DNA of 64,000 nucleotides, taken from positions 3,881 to 67,880 of the forward strand of contig JAYQQF010000014.1 of assembly GCA_038145705.1 (NCBI GenBank), given 5' to 3'. The translations under genes and the position numbers were made by a program. This DNA comes from Alphaproteobacteria bacterium. Lineage in GTDB: Bacteria > Pseudomonadota > Alphaproteobacteria > SMXQ01. Positions 58,146-64,000 of the stretch are shown here, piece after piece (positions within the stretch are counted from its first letter, which is position 1; each line of letters begins with the position of its first letter). The notes under the pieces were generated by a model that saw only the letters and a list, made by a program, of their open reading frames with translations, had not been told where the DNA came from and made no database searches.

Positions 58146-59042
58146 CTAGCGGCCTGCCCGCAGCCTGGCAATCAGGCTGGAGGTATCCCAGCGGTTGCCG
58201 CCCATGTTCTGCACCTCGGCGTAGAAGCCGTCGACCAGCCGGGCGACCTCTATCGCGGCGCCGTTGCGCCCCGCCTCCTCGGCGCAGATGGCCAGATCCT
58301 TGCGCATCCAGTCGACGGCGAAGCCGAAGTCGAACTGGCCACGAATCATCGTCCGGGCCCGGTTGTCCATCTGCCAGGACTGGGCGGCGCCCTTGGAAAT
58401 CACGTCGATGACCTTGTCCACGTCGAGCCCCGCCCGCAGGCCGAAATCGAGCCCTTCGGCGAGCCCCTGCACCAGCCCGGCGATGCAGATCTGGTTGACC
58501 ATCTTGGTCAGCTGGCCCGCCCCCGCCGGCCCCATCAGCGTAACCGCGCGGCCATAAGACGCCATCACCGGCTCGGCCCGCGCGAAGACATCCGGCGTAC
58601 CGCCAACCATGACCGTGAGTTGGCCGTTCTCCGCCCCCGCCTGCCCGCCCGACACCGGTGCATCGAGAAAGCCGCAGCCGCGTTTATCCGCCGCCGCCGC
58701 AAGCTCGCGGGCAAGTCCGGCCGAGGCCGTCGTGTGATCCACCAGCGCCGCCCCCGCCGCCATGCCCGCCAATGCGCCGTCGGCCGCGAGCGTCACCGCG
58801 CGCACATCGTCGTCGTTGCCGACACAGGTGAAAACGAAATCCGCCCCCTCGGCGGCATCAGCAGGGGTTTCGGCCACGCGACCCCGGTGCTTTTCCGCCC
58901 AGGCCCGCGCCTTGGCCGCGGTGCGGTTCCAGACGGCGACCTCATGCCCCTTCGCGGCAAGGTGCCCCGCCATCGGCGCGCCCATGACACCAAGCCCGAT
59001 GAAAGCGACCCGCGCCCCGTGAATGTCCTTTGCCATGCGCAA
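58146..59042 (-). CDS. NAD(P)-dependent 3-hydroxyisobutyrate dehydrogenase-family oxidoreductase
   Basis: VAFIGLGVMGAPMAGHLAAKGHEVAVWNRT Rossmann motif. 298 aa, typical of the family. Confidence 0.85.
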   Translation of the reverse strand: MRMAKDIHGARVAFIGLGVMGAPMAGHLAAKGHEVAVWNRTAAKARAWAEKHRGRVAETPADAAEGADFVFTCVGNDDDVRAVTLAADGALAGMAAGAALVDHTTASAGLARELAAAADKRGCGFLDAPVSGGQAGAENGQLTVMVGGTPDVFARAEPVMASYGRAVTLMGPAGAGQLTKMVNQICIAGLVQGLAEGLDFGLRAGLDVDKVIDVISKGAAQSWQMDNRARTMIRGQFDFGFAVDWMRKDLAICAEEAGRNGAAIEVARLVDGFYAEVQNMGGNRWDTSSLIARLRAGR

Positions 59043-59065
59043 TCTCCTTTGCCGCCGAGTTTAGC

Positions 59066-59109
59066 CAAAAAGAGAAGGGCCGCGCCCCCCTTTCGGGAGA
59101 CGCGGCCCC
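59066..59109 (-). terminator. rho-independent terminator after groEL
   Basis: On the minus strand, GGGCCGCG-loop-CGCGGCCC is followed by TTCTCTTTTT, about 25 nt past the groEL stop. Confidence 0.8.
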
Positions 59110-59132
59110 AATCGGGTCCTGAACGGACGGGC

Positions 59133-60788
<1,656 letters not shown>

Positions 60789-60823
60789 TTACTCCCTTGG
60801 TTCTCTGTCCTGTCGGTTCGCGC

Positions 60824-61111
60824 TTACTGCACGACGCCGAGAATGTCGGATTCTTTCATGATCAGCAGGTCCTTGCCGTCGACCTTGATCTCGGTGCCGG
60901 ACCACTTGCCGTAAAGGACGCGGTCGCCCTTCTTGACGTCGAGCGGCGTGACCTTGCCGTCATCGCCGCGATAGCCGGAACCGACCGCGACGATCTTGCC
61001 CTCGGAGGGCTTTTCCTTCGCGGTATCGGGGATGATGATTCCGCCCTTCGTCTTCTGTTCCGCGGCCAGCGGTTCGACGACCACGCGGTCGTGCAGGGGC
61101 CGGATATTCAT
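60824..61111 (-). CDS. groS: co-chaperonin GroES (canonical 95 aa)
   Basis: [46 protein letters not shown]... Confidence 0.95.
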   Translation of the reverse strand: MNIRPLHDRVVVEPLAAEQKTKGGIIIPDTAKEKPSEGKIVAVGSGYRGDDGKVTPLDVKKGDRVLYGKWSGTEIKVDGKDLLIMKESDILGVVQ

Positions 61112-61152
61112 GATGCCTGTTCTCCTGGATTACTGGGGGTTAAGTGGATGCT

Positions 61153-61530
61153 TCAGCAGCAGTCGGTGCCGGGAACGTGCACGTGACTGGACGCGGCGGC
61201 GCCCGCTGCGGCCTTCTTGGCGGTGGCATGCACCTTCGACTTGCTGTCGAGGACGGCGAAAATGTCGCCTTCGCGCAGGATCAGCAGATCCTTGCCGTCG
61301 GCCTTGATTTCGGTGCCGGACCACTTGCCGTAAAGGACGCGGTCGCCCTTCTTGACGTCGAGCGCCGTAATCTTGCCGTCCTTGCCGTGATAGCCGGAAC
61401 CGACCGCGACGACCTTGCCCTCGGAGGGCTTTTCCTTCGCGGTATCGGGAATGATGATGCCGCCCGCCGTCTTCTCTTCCGCGCTGAGCGGCTCGACGAT
61501 GACACGGTCGTGCAGAGGTCGGATGTTCAT
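61153..61530 (-). CDS. second GroES paralogue with a 30-aa C-terminal extension ending [10 protein letters not shown] (125 aa)
   Basis: [46 protein letters not shown]...EGDIFAVL, then [31 protein letters not shown]. It is first in the operon, directly after the CIRCE element. Confidence 0.85.
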   Translation of the reverse strand: MNIRPLHDRVIVEPLSAEEKTAGGIIIPDTAKEKPSEGKVVAVGSGYHGKDGKITALDVKKGDRVLYGKWSGTEIKADGKDLLILREGDIFAVLDSKSKVHATAKKAAAGAAASSHVHVPGTDCC

Positions 61531-61589
61531 TGACCTTCTCCCTATAACGATCTGAAAATTAAAGACTAATTTTCAAGCGCCCCGGGCTG

Positions 61590-61616
61590 TTAGCACTCCC
61601 GTTTGGCGAGTGCCAG
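61590..61616 (-). promoter_or_regulatory. CIRCE (HrcA operator) inverted repeat
   Basis: TTAGCACTC-N9-GAGTGCCAG compared with the consensus TTAGCACTC-N9-GAGTGCTAA. It lies 60-86 nt upstream of the extended groES start. Confidence 0.8.
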
Positions 61617-61617
61617 T

Positions 61618-61646
61618 GATATAGGCGGGCCCCTCCGGCCTGTCAA
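61618..61646 (-). promoter_or_regulatory. sigma-70-like promoter of the groES-groES-groEL operon
   Basis: On the minus strand, TTGACA-N17-TATATC sits immediately upstream of the CIRCE element. Confidence 0.6.
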
Positions 61647-61718
61647 CTGTCGGGGATGGTTAAATCGCAGGAAAAGGCGGGAAAATCGTCCTGATCAGGC
61701 CGATTTCGTTGGAATTGG

Positions 61719-62222
61719 CTATCCCAAATTGAGCCTGTGATGCTCCAGCGTCATCCGCGCCCGGCGGGACGCCGTCAGGTAAAGGCAAAGCGGCAGGTCG
61801 CGAACGAGCGTCAGGGCCAGCGTGCTGAACAGGAAGAAATCATGCTGTGCTGCCTCCCCGACTCCCTGAAGCCTGACCTGGCTGCATATGATGATATTCG
61901 CGAGACCGAGCACGAACAGCCCATACGCCAGGTAGCGGGTCCACCAGGCACACATCAAGACGCCAGCCACGACGGCAAATGAGGTGCCCAAAATGATCGT
62001 ATTGTTCTGAAACAGGCGCCGGAACATCAGGTCGTCCTGAAAAAGGAAAAACTCGACCGCGAAGCTCGCCGTGGAAAGCAGGAAGAGACCGGACAGGATG
62101 ATCATCAGGCGCGACCACAGCCCGAAATGCCGGCTTTCCTCGGCAATTTCGGCAGGGATCTCCTCCCACCGGCGCGGGTCGAATCTCTTCAACCAGAGCA
62201 TGACAAGCCCTCTGCTACCCAA
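61719..62222 (-). CDS. four-TM membrane protein of unknown function
   Basis: 167 aa with four hydrophobic segments. The G+C content looks lower than the neighbours. Confidence 0.55.
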   Translation of the reverse strand: MGSRGLVMLWLKRFDPRRWEEIPAEIAEESRHFGLWSRLMIILSGLFLLSTASFAVEFFLFQDDLMFRRLFQNNTIILGTSFAVVAGVLMCAWWTRYLAYGLFVLGLANIIICSQVRLQGVGEAAQHDFFLFSTLALTLVRDLPLCLYLTASRRARMTLEHHRLNLG

Positions 62223-62289
62223 AATAGCAAGACATCATCGGCGCAAATCAGGAAAGCGTAAATACTTTGAAATACAGAGATAACTCCCG

Positions 62290-63702
62290 CTAGACCGTGC
62301 GGTCCCGGCGCCGGGCTTCGAAACGGGCCGCGTCCTCGGGGTCGAGGGCCACGGTCAGGCTTGCCCCGCCGTCGCCGCGCTCTTCGCGCTCCATGACGTC
62401 GCCATGCTGGTAAAGCCAGGCTATGGCCGCACCTTCGGCGGGGCCGAGACGATAGCGGAACACCCTGCGCCGGGCCGAAATGCGCCGGTCCAGCAATTCC
62501 AGAAGGTCGCCGATCCCCTCTCCCGTCCAGGCCGACAGCGCCACCATGCCCGGCTCGCGCCGCGCGCGGGCGACAAGGGCGCCGCGCGCCTCGTCGTCCA
62601 GGCAGTCGATCTTGTTCAGCGCCTCGACCATGCCGCCGCCCGCGGCGGGATCGAGGCCGAGATCGGCGAGAACCGCTTCGACATCGGCTTTCTGCGCGGC
62701 CGAATCGGCATGGGAAATATCGCGCACATGGATGACGAGATCGGCCGCCAGCACTTCTTCGAGGGTTGCGCGGAAGGCCGCGACCAGATCCGTCGGCAAA
62801 TCCGACACGAATCCCACCGTATCCGACAGGATTATCCGCCGGCCCGACGGCAGATCGACCGCGCGCATGGTGGGATCGAGGGTGGCAAAGAGCATGTCCT
62901 TGGCGGTGACGCTGGCCCGCGTCATGCGGTTGAACAGCGTTGACTTGCCCGCGTTCGTATAGCCGACCAGCGCCACGACCGGGAACGGCACCCGCGAGCG
63001 TGCCTTGCGATGCAGCGCACGGGTGCGCTTGACCTCTTCGAGGTCGGCCTTGATACGCAGGATGCGGTTGTCGATCTGGCGACGGTCCGCCTCGATCTGG
63101 GTTTCGCCGGGACCACCCAGGAAGCCGAAGCCGCCGCGCTGTCGTTCAAGGTGCGTCCAGGAACGCACGAGGCGGGAGCGCTGGTAGGTCAGCGATGCGA
63201 GTTCGACCTGGAGCGACCCTTCCCGGGTACGCGCCCGCGCGCCGAAGATTTCGAGGATAAGGCCGGTGCGGTCGATGACCTTGCATTTCCAGGCCAGTTC
63301 GAGATTGCGTTGCTGGATCGGCGACAGATGCCCGTCGACGACGACCACCGCCACTTCATCCGCCTTGATGCGCTCCTTGAGGCGCTCGACCGCTCCCTGA
63401 CCGATCAGCGTCGCCGGACGCGGATTGGGAAGGTTGATGGTCTCGGCGAAGGCGACCTTGAGATCGATCGCCTCGGCAAGGCCGCAGGCCTCTTCGAGAC
63501 GCGCCTCAGGGGTGCGCGCAAACTCGCCGCGCAGAACCGGAAGCACGACGGCCGCGCGGCCGGACAAACCCGCCGTGTCTGCGCCATCGGGCGAAGACAC
63601 GGCGGGTCCGGCAGGTCTGTTGCTGGATGAGGAGGCCAAGCGCTTTGGCCTCAGGCCAGGCGCATCAGGCGTCGGCGGTCGCGTCGGCCGACGCGCCTTC
63701 AT
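62290..63702 (-). CDS. hflX: GTPase HflX
   Basis: [16 protein letters not shown] (G1), DTVGF (G3) and NKID (G4). The listed start at 63702 lies inside hfq, so the true start is probably further downstream but unresolved. Confidence 0.9.
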   Translation of the reverse strand: MKARRPTRPPTPDAPGLRPKRLASSSSNRPAGPAVSSPDGADTAGLSGRAAVVLPVLRGEFARTPEARLEEACGLAEAIDLKVAFAETINLPNPRPATLIGQGAVERLKERIKADEVAVVVVDGHLSPIQQRNLELAWKCKVIDRTGLILEIFGARARTREGSLQVELASLTYQRSRLVRSWTHLERQRGGFGFLGGPGETQIEADRRQIDNRILRIKADLEEVKRTRALHRKARSRVPFPVVALVGYTNAGKSTLFNRMTRASVTAKDMLFATLDPTMRAVDLPSGRRIILSDTVGFVSDLPTDLVAAFRATLEEVLAADLVIHVRDISHADSAAQKADVEAVLADLGLDPAAGGGMVEALNKIDCLDDEARGALVARARREPGMVALSAWTGEGIGDLLELLDRRISARRRVFRYRLGPAEGAAIAWLYQHGDVMEREERGDGGASLTVALDPEDAARFEARRRDRTV

Positions 63703-63934
63703 CGTCGCCTTCCCACAAGGACACCGGCGCCGACGGCATCACCGTCGAGATGGCGTGCTTGTAGACGAGCTGGGAGTGGCTATCCCTGCGCAGGAGCACG
63801 GAGAAGTTGTCGAACCAGGTGACGATTCCCTGCAGCTTGACGCCGTTCACCAGGAAGATGGTGACGGGGGTCTTCTGCTTGCGGATGGTGTTGAGAAATA
63901 CGTCCTGGAGGTTTTGGGATTTATCAGCAGCCAT
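63665..63934 (-). CDS. hfq: RNA chaperone Hfq
   Basis: [59 protein letters not shown] (Sm1/Sm2 motifs). Confidence 0.95.
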   Translation of the reverse strand: MAADKSQNLQDVFLNTIRKQKTPVTIFLVNGVKLQGIVTWFDNFSVLLRRDSHSQLVYKHAISTVMPSAPVSLWEGDDEGASADATADA

Positions 63935-64000
63935 TATCTTTCTTTCTGCTATGTGGTTGCTATCTGTGTATTGCCTAAGTCGTTACTCAGGCGTTTCCTT

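Noticed and set aside
63665-63702. 38-nt overlap between hfq and the longest hflX ORF
   Set aside because: It is probably an artefact of taking the first in-frame start. hflX most likely initiates downstream of the hfq stop, but I cannot pick the codon from sequence alone.

Overview
This is a high-GC chromosomal segment (roughly two-thirds G+C by eye). It fits best with an alphaproteobacterium, though I cannot name the species. The supporting signs are recG-sdhE-mfd, mltB-rlpA-dac-tmk-holB-metG-tatD and hfq-hflX gene orders, a CIRCE-controlled groES/groEL operon, TTAA-N7-TTAAC (CtrA-type) boxes, and Bug/TctC binding proteins. I call 56 protein-coding genes, 2 tRNAs (Lys-UUU, Ser-UGA), several hairpin terminators and a few regulatory sites. 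I saw no rRNA, CRISPR array, transposase, integrase or phage genes. Most of the window is housekeeping: trmFO, uvrA, ssb, gyrA, coaD, recG, sdhE, mfd, a cell-wall/replication block, mazG, groESL and hfq-hflX. Four less ordinary stretches interrupt it. (1) 20.9-29.3 kb is a signalling block. It holds a CheY-like receiver with an Arg-rich tail, an orphan Hpt, a pentapeptide-repeat protein, a Sel1 lipoprotein plus a large secreted repeat protein, and a convergent histidine kinase / PilZ-methyltransferase pair with a perfect CtrA-type box upstream of each gene. (2) 33.3-42.2 kb lies next to tRNA-Ser. It holds an ankyrin+Sel1 membrane protein and two mirror-image paralogous hybrid kinases. (3) 49.1-55.0 kb is a block of six exported or membrane proteins wedged between metG and tatD. 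It includes a 67-aa secreted peptide ending in nine lysines encoded by (AAG)9. (4) groES is tandemly duplicated, and the promoter-proximal copy has a 30-aa tail ending [10 protein letters not shown]. All functional calls rest on motifs I read directly in the translations, because no database search was possible. The many very long ORFs antisense to real genes are treated as high-GC shadow ORFs.
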